Shown piece after piece: positions 1-10,100 of a stretch of 64,000 nt of DNA. The notes beneath the pieces are model-generated. The model was not told where the DNA came from. It made no database searches and was given only the letters and a program-made list of their open reading frames with translations. How positions within the stretch are numbered: position 1 is the stretch's first letter; each line of letters begins with the position of its first letter. Source of the stretch: a virus; the IMG/VR virus record IMGVR_UViG_3300033141_003979, positions 32,001 to 96,000 of that record, one strand, 5' to 3'. Made by a program: the position numbers and the translations under genes.

Positions 1-899
1 TTTGACCAAGAATTTCCTTTCCACATCTTCTGTGAATAGTCCCTTGCCTTCCTTACATCCTTCCCCCTCAAAGGATAAGGAAATCCAAAGTCTCCACCTT
101 GAGTTCTAAACATATGAGCAAACCAAGTATTCTTGTTTATTACCTGCCTGCCACCGCTAAGCCAACTTTTGCATGAAATTTCTGTCCCCATCTGACCCCA
201 AGAACCATGCCCTTCATCTAAACCCCCCAGATCCCAGTAGCGTTCTCTGTGCATCATCCAGCAGGCGCCTATTGCAGTCATCTGATCAGTGATCTTCCCT
301 TTAGCCCAATCCCTACGGGAGTGAGAGTACTTGTGCTTGATTGCAGGCATGTCTTTTCCATACTTTGATAAGTGATTCCTGTCAAAGTAAGAAAATTTCA
401 TATCCTTATCAAACCACATATAATCTGACTTCCTCCCCTTGCGGCGTTGCCAGATCATGATCATTTCAAATCCAGTTTGACTTTCACACTTGCTGCATTG
501 AGTTGGCTTTGGTCCCTGGTAAGTTTTATTCCCACATGACTGACATTTCCAATCAAAAGCGTGTAGATTATACATGCGGGGAACCATTGTCCAATCATAC
601 TTACAAGCAGTTATAAGCTTAACATCAAAGCCCTTGTCAAAGGCACAATGGGCATCACACTTCATAATGAACTTGGCCTGTGACAGTTTGGCGGCCTCAT
701 TCGTCGCTGCCCTCTGACCTATCGATTCCCCATGATAAATCAATTTCACTCTTGGATGATCCTTGACAGCCGGCTTAGGCCAACTACCATCACAAACAGA
801 GATGACTTCTGTATTACCCTCGACATTTTCAAGGATGTTCTCAATAGTTTGGGCTAAGAACATTTCATTTCGACTAGGGATAAGCACTGAGAGATCCAT
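1..899 (-). CDS. GT2-family glycosyltransferase with Zn-ribbon insertion (partial, runs off the left edge; not in ORF track)
   Basis: Hand translation from ATG at 899 gives MDLSVLIPSRNEMFLAQTIENILEN...KFIMKCDAHCAFDKGFDVKL. It is a paralog of the N-domain of 3320..5314 and contains WKCQSCGNK...TQCSKCES. Confidence 0.85.
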   Translation of the reverse strand, partial: MDLSVLIPSRNEMFLAQTIENILENVEGNTEVISVCDGSWPKPAVKDHPRVKLIYHGESIGQRAATNEAAKLSQAKFIMKCDAHCAFDKGFDVKLITACKYDWTMVPRMYNLHAFDWKCQSCGNKTYQGPKPTQCSKCESQTGFEMIMIWQRRKGRKSDYMWFDKDMKFSYFDRNHLSKYGKDMPAIKHKYSHSRRDWAKGKITDQMTAIGACWMMHRERYWDLGGLDEGHGSWGQMGTEISCKSWLSGGRQVINKNTWFAHMFRTQGGDFGFPYPLRGKDVRKARDYSQKMWKGNSWS

Positions 900-1009
900 T
901 ATCTATATTCTATATCCTTTTTCAAGAGAACTCCTGTTAGAATTGATGTCAGGCAGTTTAAATAGGGTATTTAAAGGGTATCTTAAAGTGTTTTCCATAT
1001 TTTATCTCC

Positions 1010-1294
1010 CTAATTGATAGTCACTTCTTTTTCTTCCGTAACAACCCAATCCTCTCCAGCGATGTCGCCGGTGGAAACAATCAAGGGGTGAAACTTTTTG
1101 TCCTCTTCCTTATAAACCATCAATTGATTGTCCATGATGGCAAACCTTGCATTTCTTTCTTCCCACTCTAGTCGTCTGACATGCCTGCCTTTCAATACTT
1201 CATTCATTGCATCCCCAAAATTCATCTGCGGTATCTCAGGAATATCCGCTGCCGTAGGTGACTGTTTGCCACCAGTGTTGTCTCTTTCATTCAT
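1010..1294 (-). CDS. DUF2829 / Tad2-like protein
   Basis: MNFGDAMNEVLKGRHVRRLEW...STGDIAGEDW matches the DUF2829 pattern MxFxxAxxxxKxGxxVxRxxW...SxxDxxAxDW. Confidence 0.65.
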   Translation of the reverse strand: MNERDNTGGKQSPTAADIPEIPQMNFGDAMNEVLKGRHVRRLEWEERNARFAIMDNQLMVYKEEDKKFHPLIVSTGDIAGEDWVVTEEKEVTIN

Positions 1295-1311
1295 CTCTCT
1301 TTTCCTCCTGT

Positions 1312-1911
1312 TTAAAATTCATACCCTAGTAATTCAACGTCCTTACGGTAAACATTATATACAATATCTATACACTCGTCATCGTAGTAATCACGGTATG
1401 GTCCATGTTGAGAACGGTTCTTGTGAGGAAGAACTGGACTGCAATCTATTGCAGAAGCTATTATCTCCCAATCTTTTTTTATGTTTTCTATCCTTGCCAC
1501 AAAATCAACAAAAACTTGTCCTTTGAAATAAACCCTTGGATACTGATGCTCAAAATGCGGATCACATAAAATCCCTTTATCACAAAAGGTAGTTTTCATA
1601 AAATGTTGAAAAGTCTCTCCTTTGCCAATGCATGGCCTGCCCGCTTGCTGCAAAGCATAAAAGGCTGATACCATCCTGTCCCAAGGATTTCTAACAATAG
1701 TAAATTTGAATATCTTATTGACATCAGTAATAGCCAATCTATAAGTCCATAAATTCCGACAATCTCTATAAGTCATTGCCCTGAGTTTTAACAAATCCCT
1801 GTAGACAGAATGGAGGCAACACTTACGAATACCAAAAAATATGAACTTCCCTTCAGTATCAAGAACCACGGGATGCAATTGTCTAATGTGTTTTAGAAGA
1901 GTTTTCATCAA
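1312..1911 (-). CDS. Sulfotransferase family 2 protein
   Basis: FTIVRNPWDRMVSAF (3'-PB motif), VDFVARIENIKKDW and a C-terminal YRDYYD...YRKDVELLGYEF. The 5'-PSB loop is divergent (IRKCCLHSV). Confidence 0.8.
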   Translation of the reverse strand: MMKTLLKHIRQLHPVVLDTEGKFIFFGIRKCCLHSVYRDLLKLRAMTYRDCRNLWTYRLAITDVNKIFKFTIVRNPWDRMVSAFYALQQAGRPCIGKGETFQHFMKTTFCDKGILCDPHFEHQYPRVYFKGQVFVDFVARIENIKKDWEIIASAIDCSPVLPHKNRSQHGPYRDYYDDECIDIVYNVYRKDVELLGYEF

Positions 1912-1936
1912 ATTCTATTAATTAGCCTTATATTTT

Positions 1937-2587
1937 TTACAAACATAACTCATCAAATAACTTTTCTGCTTTTCCCCATAATTGCAATCTATTAAATCTC
2001 TCTCTCATGCCATGCATATAAGGATGCAACCCATCATCATGATCAACACTAATTACAAAATATTTAGTTCTAAAAACTCCAAATCCAAAAGATCTAAAAG
2101 GAATTGGGGGACATCTCAAATTTTCTGTATCAATCCACATTGGCCTGTTAGCCATTATCTTATCTAAGATTTTAAGCAAATATTCACGGTTTGATATTAT
2201 TGCACCAACAAATCCCGCACGCTTTCTAGCAAAGATCGGAATTCTTGAATCAAACATACATACTCTTCTATTATAGTACACTGTATTTTGCTCCCTGTTA
2301 TAAGGGCGAAATTGAAAATGTTCTTTGGGATATAATGAATCCGCCTCTGCAAATGCAACATAAGGAGTATCTGCGTTTTCTACTCCAATAAATATCTGCC
2401 TAAATATATTATGGCTAGATCGCCCTACATCTCCAACACAAATATTTTTCCCGAAACTTAACTCTTTCTGTGATACAGATATAAGAGGTAACTCTTCAAT
2501 AACTAACAAAAGATTTTTTCTGATTTTTTCTGCAAAAGATTCCTTTTCCTTATTGGCCGTATAATAAATAATAGTAAGATCTCTCAT
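1937..2587 (-). CDS. GT-A-fold glycosyltransferase-like protein
   Basis: N-terminal LTIIYYT strand, a DxD-like YVAFAEADSLYP motif, and glycosyltransferase neighbours. Confidence 0.55.
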   Translation of the reverse strand: MRDLTIIYYTANKEKESFAEKIRKNLLLVIEELPLISVSQKELSFGKNICVGDVGRSSHNIFRQIFIGVENADTPYVAFAEADSLYPKEHFQFRPYNREQNTVYYNRRVCMFDSRIPIFARKRAGFVGAIISNREYLLKILDKIMANRPMWIDTENLRCPPIPFRSFGFGVFRTKYFVISVDHDDGLHPYMHGMRERFNRLQLWGKAEKLFDELCL

Positions 2588-2610
2588 ATTCTTATTTTAA
2601 CAAAAAGCTA

Positions 2611-3315
2611 TCACCTTGGACAAATTGAACAATAATCATATTTGTTTCTTCCGCCAGGCATTGACAAATCTTTTACGAATTTAATGTGCTTTTTGCCAAA
2701 CCAATATTGTCTTAAATCAATTTCCGGGAAAGACCCAAACCCAGAAATACCATTAAGATCCTCACAACATAAACAATACCGACCCTCATAATTTATTATT
2801 AATCTTTTTACAAGCGGTTGTTTGCATTTCAGATCATTTAATGATATTGCTTCTGGATGAAAATGAGTCTTTATATGCCATCCTTTTATCTGCACTTTGG
2901 TTTTTTTAAATAAAAATCTTACAGCATTTTTTTTATTATAAGGCCTTCTATCATAAAGAGAAATAATAATTTTATTCAATATCTTGTCCAACCTACCAGC
3001 CATTTCGTCAGTTAAAAAATCTCCATTAGTCACCAGATATATAGTTTTAATCCCATTCTCTTTAAGTAATTTTATTATATCAACAATTCTTGGGTCCATC
3101 AAGGGTTCATTATAATGAGAAAGACAGACACTAGAATTAAAATCTAGTTCAATATATTGCTTTACAAACTCCTCAATCATCTCCATAGACATAAAATTTA
3201 GTTCAAACCGAGATTTAACTGCTTCCCTATCAAGGTAAGAATTTCTAATGCAGGTCGGGCAAAATCGATTACACATCGAACTCGTCTCTAAAACTATTAC
3301 AGGAGGCCTCTTCAT
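2611..3315 (-). CDS. Radical SAM protein with SPASM/twitch-like C-terminus
   Basis: CNRFCPTC (CxxxCxxC), NEPLMD, TNGDFL, and a Cys-rich tail (CLCCED...CSICP). Confidence 0.85.
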   Translation of the reverse strand: MKRPPVIVLETSSMCNRFCPTCIRNSYLDREAVKSRFELNFMSMEMIEEFVKQYIELDFNSSVCLSHYNEPLMDPRIVDIIKLLKENGIKTIYLVTNGDFLTDEMAGRLDKILNKIIISLYDRRPYNKKNAVRFLFKKTKVQIKGWHIKTHFHPEAISLNDLKCKQPLVKRLIINYEGRYCLCCEDLNGISGFGSFPEIDLRQYWFGKKHIKFVKDLSMPGGRNKYDYCSICPR

Positions 3316-3319
3316 TCTC

Positions 3320-5314
3320 TTATTTCTTTACCCAAAAAAATGATGGAGAAGATTCATCTGTCACAAATAAATCCTTAATCCCATGAACCCGCACATAAAT
3401 ATTTACTGCATCAACAACACCTCCAACAGCTCCTCTAGTTGAAACCCAATTAAAATAATCATGCCCTGAAATTATCCCTCCTATACGAACCTTCTTTGAC
3501 CATTCAATAAGATCTTGCATTACATAATCAAATGTATGATTCCCATCAATATAAACAAAATCAAGTGATTCTGGTTCTACTTCTTTGATAGCATCCATAC
3601 TTTTCTTTACAATAAATTGAACATCATAAGGTTTAAGTATTTTCTTAGCATGATTATAAAAAGAATTATGGTTTACATCAGAAATTTCAACTTCATCTTC
3701 TCCATAACTAATATATGGATCAACAAGTTTTAATGATAAACCCGGAATATGTTTGCATATTGCTAATGCATTTATCCCACGCTTCACCCCTATTTCTGCT
3801 CCGTACTTAAATCCAAGTTCATTAAACAATGAATACAAATATCTTCTTCTATACTTCCTCACCTTTATTGGTGATATTGCCTTCCTTGATATACTACCTC
3901 GCTTTCTAAAAATAAATCGTAAATTATTCTCTCCCTCTGCCATCCCCCAATGCCGTTCAGTATCCATTACAATCCTCTCTAACCAGTGAACTTTGTATTT
4001 TTCATCAAGCACCGCCTTAATAAAAAAGAAATCTCCTGCATTTTGACGACCAAAACTTTTAATATGTTTTTGAAATACTTCATTCGAAACACAGATATTT
4101 CCACAAGCAATCCTCCCTCCAACAGGAATATGGGTTTCCCAAACATCTTTTTTTGGGTAAATAACATTTTTTATCAACTTCTTAACCATAACAACATCAA
4201 CATGAGAAGCTGATACAAGTTCTTTAACTGAAGCTACAAAATCTTTGTCTATTATGACAGAATCGTCATCTACTAAATAAACATACCTCCCTTTAACTTT
4301 GCTTCGATTAACATAAAATTGTTTATTCGCCCATCCAATACCTCTCCCTATATCATCTACTATAAATATGTGTTCAAAATCTTTATCTGTTTGAGCATTA
4401 ATAGAATCAATGCATTTCTGTAATGCTTTAGGTCTCTTGTAACATCTTGTAACAAAAGACATAAATGGAATTTCGGGAGCTTGTTTTTGTTCTGCCTGTT
4501 TATTTATATCTTTCACCATTGTATTCTCCCAAGAAGGCACCGGAGCAAATTTATCTACCAACCACTGTAAGGAGTGTTTATATCCATGACTATTTCCCGA
4601 CCAAAACTTCAAAGCAAACTCCGCAGATTTTCGCTTCTCCCCCCTGACATCTCTATAAAGTCCCGTGTCCTTCGCCCAATGGGCATACCAAGTATTGCGA
4701 TTGAGCACATACCGGCCACCAGAAAGCCAAGTCTTCAAACATACTTCCTGAGCTTCTTTGCCCATCGCCCCGTAGTTGACTTCATCCAATCCTCCAAGTT
4801 CCCAAAACCTTTCTCTATGCATGAACCAACAGGAGCCTTGAGAGGTCATCAAATCAACTATTGTCTGTCCTACTACCCGATCAGCATATTCATGCCAGTC
4901 CTTTCCTTTAAGATCCGTCTGCCTGATATACTGAAACTCATAACTTTTGTCTTCTCTTTCCCATAATTTAACATTCAATCTATATCTAACCGGAACTACA
5001 GTCCAATCATATTCACAGTTTTCAATTAACTTTATATCAAATCCCTCATCAAAAGAACAATGAGCATCACATTTCATCAAATACTTGCCCTTAGCAATCC
5101 TTGCCCCGGCATTTATCGCTTGTCGCATTCCTTCTGTTTCAGAGAAATGGACTAATGTAACATTCGGGAAGTCTCTTACCGGCGGATCAGGCCAGTAGCC
5201 ATCCAACATAACAATAACTTCAACAGCTCCTTTGGCCTTAACCAAAAGATCATCAATTGTCCTTTGCAAATATGGATCATTCCGCGCCGGTATTATGACA
5301 GACGTTATTTCCAT
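3320..5314 (-). CDS. Tri-domain GT2-GT-class I SAM methyltransferase fusion
   Basis: TSVIIPARND...KCDAHC (GT2), a second GT-A domain with YLVDDD, and a C-terminal GAEIGVKRG...DFVYIDGNHTFDYV...GGIISGHDY (Methyltransf_24-like). Start set at ATG 5314 (TAATG overlap). Confidence 0.85.
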   Translation of the reverse strand: MEITSVIIPARNDPYLQRTIDDLLVKAKGAVEVIVMLDGYWPDPPVRDFPNVTLVHFSETEGMRQAINAGARIAKGKYLMKCDAHCSFDEGFDIKLIENCEYDWTVVPVRYRLNVKLWEREDKSYEFQYIRQTDLKGKDWHEYADRVVGQTIVDLMTSQGSCWFMHRERFWELGGLDEVNYGAMGKEAQEVCLKTWLSGGRYVLNRNTWYAHWAKDTGLYRDVRGEKRKSAEFALKFWSGNSHGYKHSLQWLVDKFAPVPSWENTMVKDINKQAEQKQAPEIPFMSFVTRCYKRPKALQKCIDSINAQTDKDFEHIFIVDDIGRGIGWANKQFYVNRSKVKGRYVYLVDDDSVIIDKDFVASVKELVSASHVDVVMVKKLIKNVIYPKKDVWETHIPVGGRIACGNICVSNEVFQKHIKSFGRQNAGDFFFIKAVLDEKYKVHWLERIVMDTERHWGMAEGENNLRFIFRKRGSISRKAISPIKVRKYRRRYLYSLFNELGFKYGAEIGVKRGINALAICKHIPGLSLKLVDPYISYGEDEVEISDVNHNSFYNHAKKILKPYDVQFIVKKSMDAIKEVEPESLDFVYIDGNHTFDYVMQDLIEWSKKVRIGGIISGHDYFNWVSTRGAVGGVVDAVNIYVRVHGIKDLFVTDESSPSFFWVKK

Positions 5315-5613
5315 TATCTCCACTTCGGATGTACGGTAAAATTTATAGTCCTGCAAAGCCCCTTAAAACCACCATCTGGAAACTCAAAGTACCCCTGAAC
5401 ATAATATTCCCCTGCAACATCCAGATCACCGGCCCCTGTAACATATCTCAAATACTTTTCTTCATATACTGTAGAAGCCCATTCTACTTCAACCCCATTC
5501 TTGAGAACTTTCATTGAATAAACAGTGGCAGTATCAAGGGTAACATCTGCATTTACCTTTATTGTTATTTCGACATTTTCATCATCTACATATATTCTGT
5601 CATCAATATTCAT
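5314..5613 (-). CDS. Small virion protein, BppU-N-like beta domain
   Basis: YVTGAGDLDVAGEYYVQ motif typical of BppU-like adaptor domains; translationally coupled at both ends. Confidence 0.5.
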   Translation of the reverse strand: MNIDDRIYVDDENVEITIKVNADVTLDTATVYSMKVLKNGVEVEWASTVYEEKYLRYVTGAGDLDVAGEYYVQGYFEFPDGGFKGLCRTINFTVHPKWR

Positions 5614-7166
5614 ATTCCCCTCGATTCAAGAGCCATTCCTATTTCAAAGGACATACTTGTTTTCAAAGAAGTTTCCAAACTTATACTCTTCAATATTCCC
5701 ATCGACGGCGATGGCGATGCAGATATTGAAGGGCTCACTGAAGCTGAAATTGAAGTGCTCGGACTCAGTGATGGCGATAAACTCGGTGATAAACTCTGTG
5801 AAACCGAAGGACTCACACTTAACGATATGCTTGCTGATGGAGAAATTGAAGCTGAGATTGATGCCGAAAGGCTCGGGCTCAAACTTGCTGATGGGCTAAT
5901 TGATGGACTAATTGACAGGCTCACCGATGGAGACAGACTTGCCGATGGACTGATACTTGGGCTGATACTTGGGCTGATACTTGGAGAAATACTTGGACTC
6001 AACGACGCCGAAGGTGAAATCGACGGGCTCAGGCTCTGTGAAATACTTAGTGATATACTTGGGCTCTCTGAAGCAGACGGACTCACTGATGCTGATAGAG
6101 ACAAGCTTATTGACAGACTTATGCTTGGAGAAATGCTTGCCGAAGAGCTGACAGACGGCGAAATTGATAAGCTGATTGAAGGGCTGATTGATAGTGAAAT
6201 AGATGGTGAAATTGATGGGCTAACAGATGGGGAAACGCTAGCAGATAAACTTGACGAAATGGATGAACTTAAACTAGCAGACGGTGACGGCGATGCAGAT
6301 ATTGAAGGGCTCAATGAAGCTGAAGGACTAACAGAAGACGATGGAGATGGAGAAATCGAAGGACTAATTGATGGTGACAAACTTGCTGATGGGCTAATAG
6401 ACGCCGAGATCGATGGACTGATTGAAAGACTGATTGAAGGTGATATGCTTGGGCTCGCTGATGAAGAAATTGATGAAGAAATTGATGGACTAACAGAAGC
6501 CGAAATTGATGGACTGATCGACGGGCTTATGCTCGCCGACGGGCTAACAGATGGGGAAACTGATAGTGAAATGCTTGGACTAATTGAAGGCGATGGAGTA
6601 TGCAATTCCATAGTCCAATCATCTATATCCAACTGAATATCATCAATACCAATAATAAGAGTTTCTAGGTTTTCATCAGAGTTGGTAATACCAGGCTGAA
6701 GTGCTTTAGGTATTCTTGTTGCTGTAACCAATGGTCCAATTTCCTCGATTGTATTTCCCTCAGCATTAAATTCAGCAACAAGATTAGGAATATCATATTT
6801 ATTTTCTAAGCGATACCATGTATTTTCATTAATAGTAAACGTAGAAGTAACATGAAAGTCCCCGCCTTCGGCGTCATCATAAAACTCAGATCTAAGCTTG
6901 AATACCCCACCATCATTTTCACAAACAAAATAAGTTACAGGATCTCCATTTACATCAACTTGCTTGCCAAAATGAAAAGAGTTTCCTATACTGAGAACCC
7001 CAGTATAAAGCTTAAACTCCAAATACACATAAGATGTAAGTGTCGATACACGTATAGCTTGACGACTCCCAGCAGGCTCAGTTGCAGGCAAAGATATTTC
7101 TAAGTAATCTCCCCCCTGATTGCTTAATGGCGCAGTCCTGCAATTTGCATTGTAAGTAACAGCCAT
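5610..7166 (-). CDS. Putative virion protein: lectin/LamG-like N-domain plus ~300-aa Ser-Pro-Ser-X tract
   Basis: Beta-rich N-terminus (NTWYRLE...IIGIDDIQL), then [11 protein letters not shown] repeats. Start at ATG 7166 (TAATG overlap). Confidence 0.7.
   Translation of the reverse strand: MAVTYNANCRTAPLSNQGGDYLEISLPATEPAGSRQAIRVSTLTSYVYLEFKLYTGVLSIGNSFHFGKQVDVNGDPVTYFVCENDGGVFKLRSEFYDDAEGGDFHVTSTFTINENTWYRLENKYDIPNLVAEFNAEGNTIEEIGPLVTATRIPKALQPGITNSDENLETLIIGIDDIQLDIDDWTMELHTPSPSISPSISLSVSPSVSPSASISPSISPSISASVSPSISSSISSSASPSISPSISLSISPSISASISPSASLSPSISPSISPSPSSSVSPSASLSPSISASPSPSASLSSSISSSLSASVSPSVSPSISPSISLSISPSISLSISPSVSSSASISPSISLSISLSLSASVSPSASESPSISLSISQSLSPSISPSASLSPSISPSISPSISPSISPSASLSPSVSLSISPSISPSASLSPSLSASISASISPSASISLSVSPSVSQSLSPSLSPSLSPSTSISASVSPSISASPSPSMGILKSISLETSLKTSMSFEIGMALESRGI
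5700..6600 (-). repeat. Degenerate 12-nt-period coding repeat encoding (S-P/A/L-S-I/A/V/L)n
   Basis: Serine at every second residue; DNA units are synonymously diverged. Confidence 0.9.
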
Positions 7167-10100
7167 TATGGTATATCTTCCCAATAAGATTGATCTGTGT
7201 TATCACTATCCCAATCATCGTCAACCGCAGCATCGGGATCAAAAGTTTCACTAATGACGCGAGATTCAAAAGAAAAATCCATCGTCATTAGACCCATGAA
7301 CTCTGGATCTGGAGGTTCATCTGGAATCCCATCACTCTCAGTTGCATTATTAACAACAGCTCCAAGTCTTTCGCAAATCTCAACCTTCCATTTTTCTTCA
7401 CTATTTAGAATCTGAATATGAGCGAATGAAATCAAACGGATTGGATCTGATAAGTAATCATGATTCGCTGCCATGCCAGCATGATAATAGGACCGGTATC
7501 CACCAACCCTATACTGCCTACAACTAATAATCGAAGCATGTCTACCTAGTGGGGATGCACCAATATTAGGCCACCCATCATCTGCATGACTACCATCATC
7601 GAGGAACCCACAGTGACGATCACCTCCAAGTCCTATACCATTATGGGCTAACCATTGACGCACATTATACTCCCTAGCCGCACATCTCCGCCAAAAATCT
7701 GGCTTATAGATCTGAATAGTGGTTGATTCAGCAGGGATAACATCATCGACCTCTACTTTCTTTTCCCCAGCGTTCCAATACCAAACCTGTTCATTTCCAT
7801 CTATCTCATCTGCACTGAATACTTCCTCCATGACCGTTCTTGAAGCGGTGATAAGAGAGTTATCACGAGCTACAGCCCCAGGCTTTAAAGCACCCCCATC
7901 TGAATTCAAAAAGGGTTTGCGTGACCTCATCCTGGTGCCATCTACATCGTCAATGGCTTCCCATTGCGTATCCCCAACTCCTATTTCATCTAACAGTTCA
8001 ATCCAGAAACACATCCCGTCATAATCGCACCATTTATCACCCTGCCCGGCCTCTCCGTGAAAAATGGGTGTTTCTGATACAAGACAATAGTAATCAATAT
8101 TGGGGTCTGTTCGATCTGTAAATATATCTTCAACAAACGTCCTGAAGATATGACCTGCATTTATAGCCTCTTCTGGAGTACTATGTATTGAACTACCAGA
8201 TTCGTAGAAGTACATGAAGTGATTAGCCTCAACGGTATCATCATTACAAGTCTCCCAAGCAATTTTGACATAAGTATCTGTGACTTCTTCGACTAGAAAA
8301 TGCCCAACAACATCACCTTCACCATCAGCAGCCGTTCTAACCTCAACCATATCCCATCTATTGACAAAGGAAGTAAGGTCGCCTGTGTAGTTAAATATAT
8401 TATGAGTGTCAACAGAATCAATTTCCATTGAATCCTGATCATCTACTGTATTACCACCAACCAACGGCTTACTCAGTTGATTGATCACCAGCCCATAAGC
8501 AATAGTATCTAATTTACACCCCCCGAAAGTCCAATTTGGATCTCGCTTGTGGCGAATGTCAATAACGATAAACCTGATATTATCCATATCAAAGGTGTGG
8601 CAAAGTGAAGCTCGTTGAACAAGGTATCTAATATTTTCAGTTGTAGAGAAATCTTTTCCATCTGATAATGCTTGACAAAAATGGATAGTAGTTCCGCCTA
8701 TATATTTTACAAATGAATATTCACAAACAGACTCATCTGTTTCGTCCAAATACCTAATACATTGACCAGGATAAAGACCATACTTTGAAACTGTTGGAAA
8801 TCCGTAACTACCGTCTATTGTAGCCTCTGCGCTACTATCATCACCAATTACAACTTCATCATCTGACGGATAAGAGCCAGAAGTGTATTCAATTACAAGC
8901 TGATATGTACCTGTCCCATCCTGTCTTTCGTCGTGCAGTAATGTACCAACCCCATCTATCCCCCATGTCACGCCCTCTCCCTGTGTTAAATTCCCTGTAT
9001 AAGCATCATAAGTAATTTGAAACTCAGGTGGACTTGTATCAACTAAGGTAACATCAGATCCATCTGTATGTGCCCCCTCATAATTATTCCCCATATGAAG
9101 ATCTGGAAGCGGAGTCATTTCTTTGTAAACTCTCAGCGCAGTAGGAACCATATAAGCGTTTAAGGCATCGTCATAATTGCCACCACCTACACAATTAGCG
9201 TTATTTACAAGAAAATCATGGTCTGAAAATATATGGGCAGCAGGATACTTATTATATAATTCAAACTGTTGCCAGTAATTAGATAGCTGTGAACCTCGCC
9301 TTTCATAGACTATATTTCGTATAACTTGTGCTTCGTCTACAGTAGCTATCTCCGGCGATATACTCCATTCATCTCCAAGCTTCCAAACAAGATCAGGAGT
9401 TTTAGCAGACATTGAGGTAAAGACATTGTGGTCTTGCTCCTGGTGATGTTCGTCAGCACCAGCAGCAACAACCATGTCACTTCGAGTACCTGGAGCTTGG
9501 AATGTCTTACAACTTGGAAGAGTACTCCAGTAATAGGCACTTGCCCCACCCTCAAGTTCATACGCCGATTGCCAGCACCCATTCTTTTGTTCAACAAGAA
9601 TATCATAATAGTATGTTTTATTTGCAGTGAGACCTGTTATGGGAACGATTGCCGTGAAGTCTTTGGAATAGCCCTTTGGATCTGTAGCGGTTATTGCCGT
9701 GGCAGAACTTGTGTCGGTGTCTCCTGAATTGGTTTTTACGTCTCCCTCTACCGTACCATATCGTATTCTTACACTACTGGCTTCACTAATTCGTAGCCAT
9801 ATTCTAAGTTCTGTCGAAGACACACAGGCAACTAGCGGCTCATGTGTGACAAAGGCATCTCCTGTTGCCCCACTTATCACTTCTGCATAACAATCAGATA
9901 TTCTATATCCAGAAAAATCTTGCGCACTAGCTCGTATATATCCATAAGCTTCTTTTATTTGCGCCCACGACCAAGCACCATCCCCTTCTGGGTCATTTAC
10001 GGCAAGGAAATAAAAATCTGCCCATACCGCATCTCCAACTTCCCCTCCTGGACTGAACCCACTTGATTTCGGGGTGCTTGCTACTCCAAGACCTTCCTTG

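Noticed and set aside
903-998. 31-codon minus-strand ORF in frame with the GT2 at 1..899, separated by TAG
   Set aside because: The GT2 fold begins properly at ATG 899 (MDLSVLIP) and no readthrough signal is evident.
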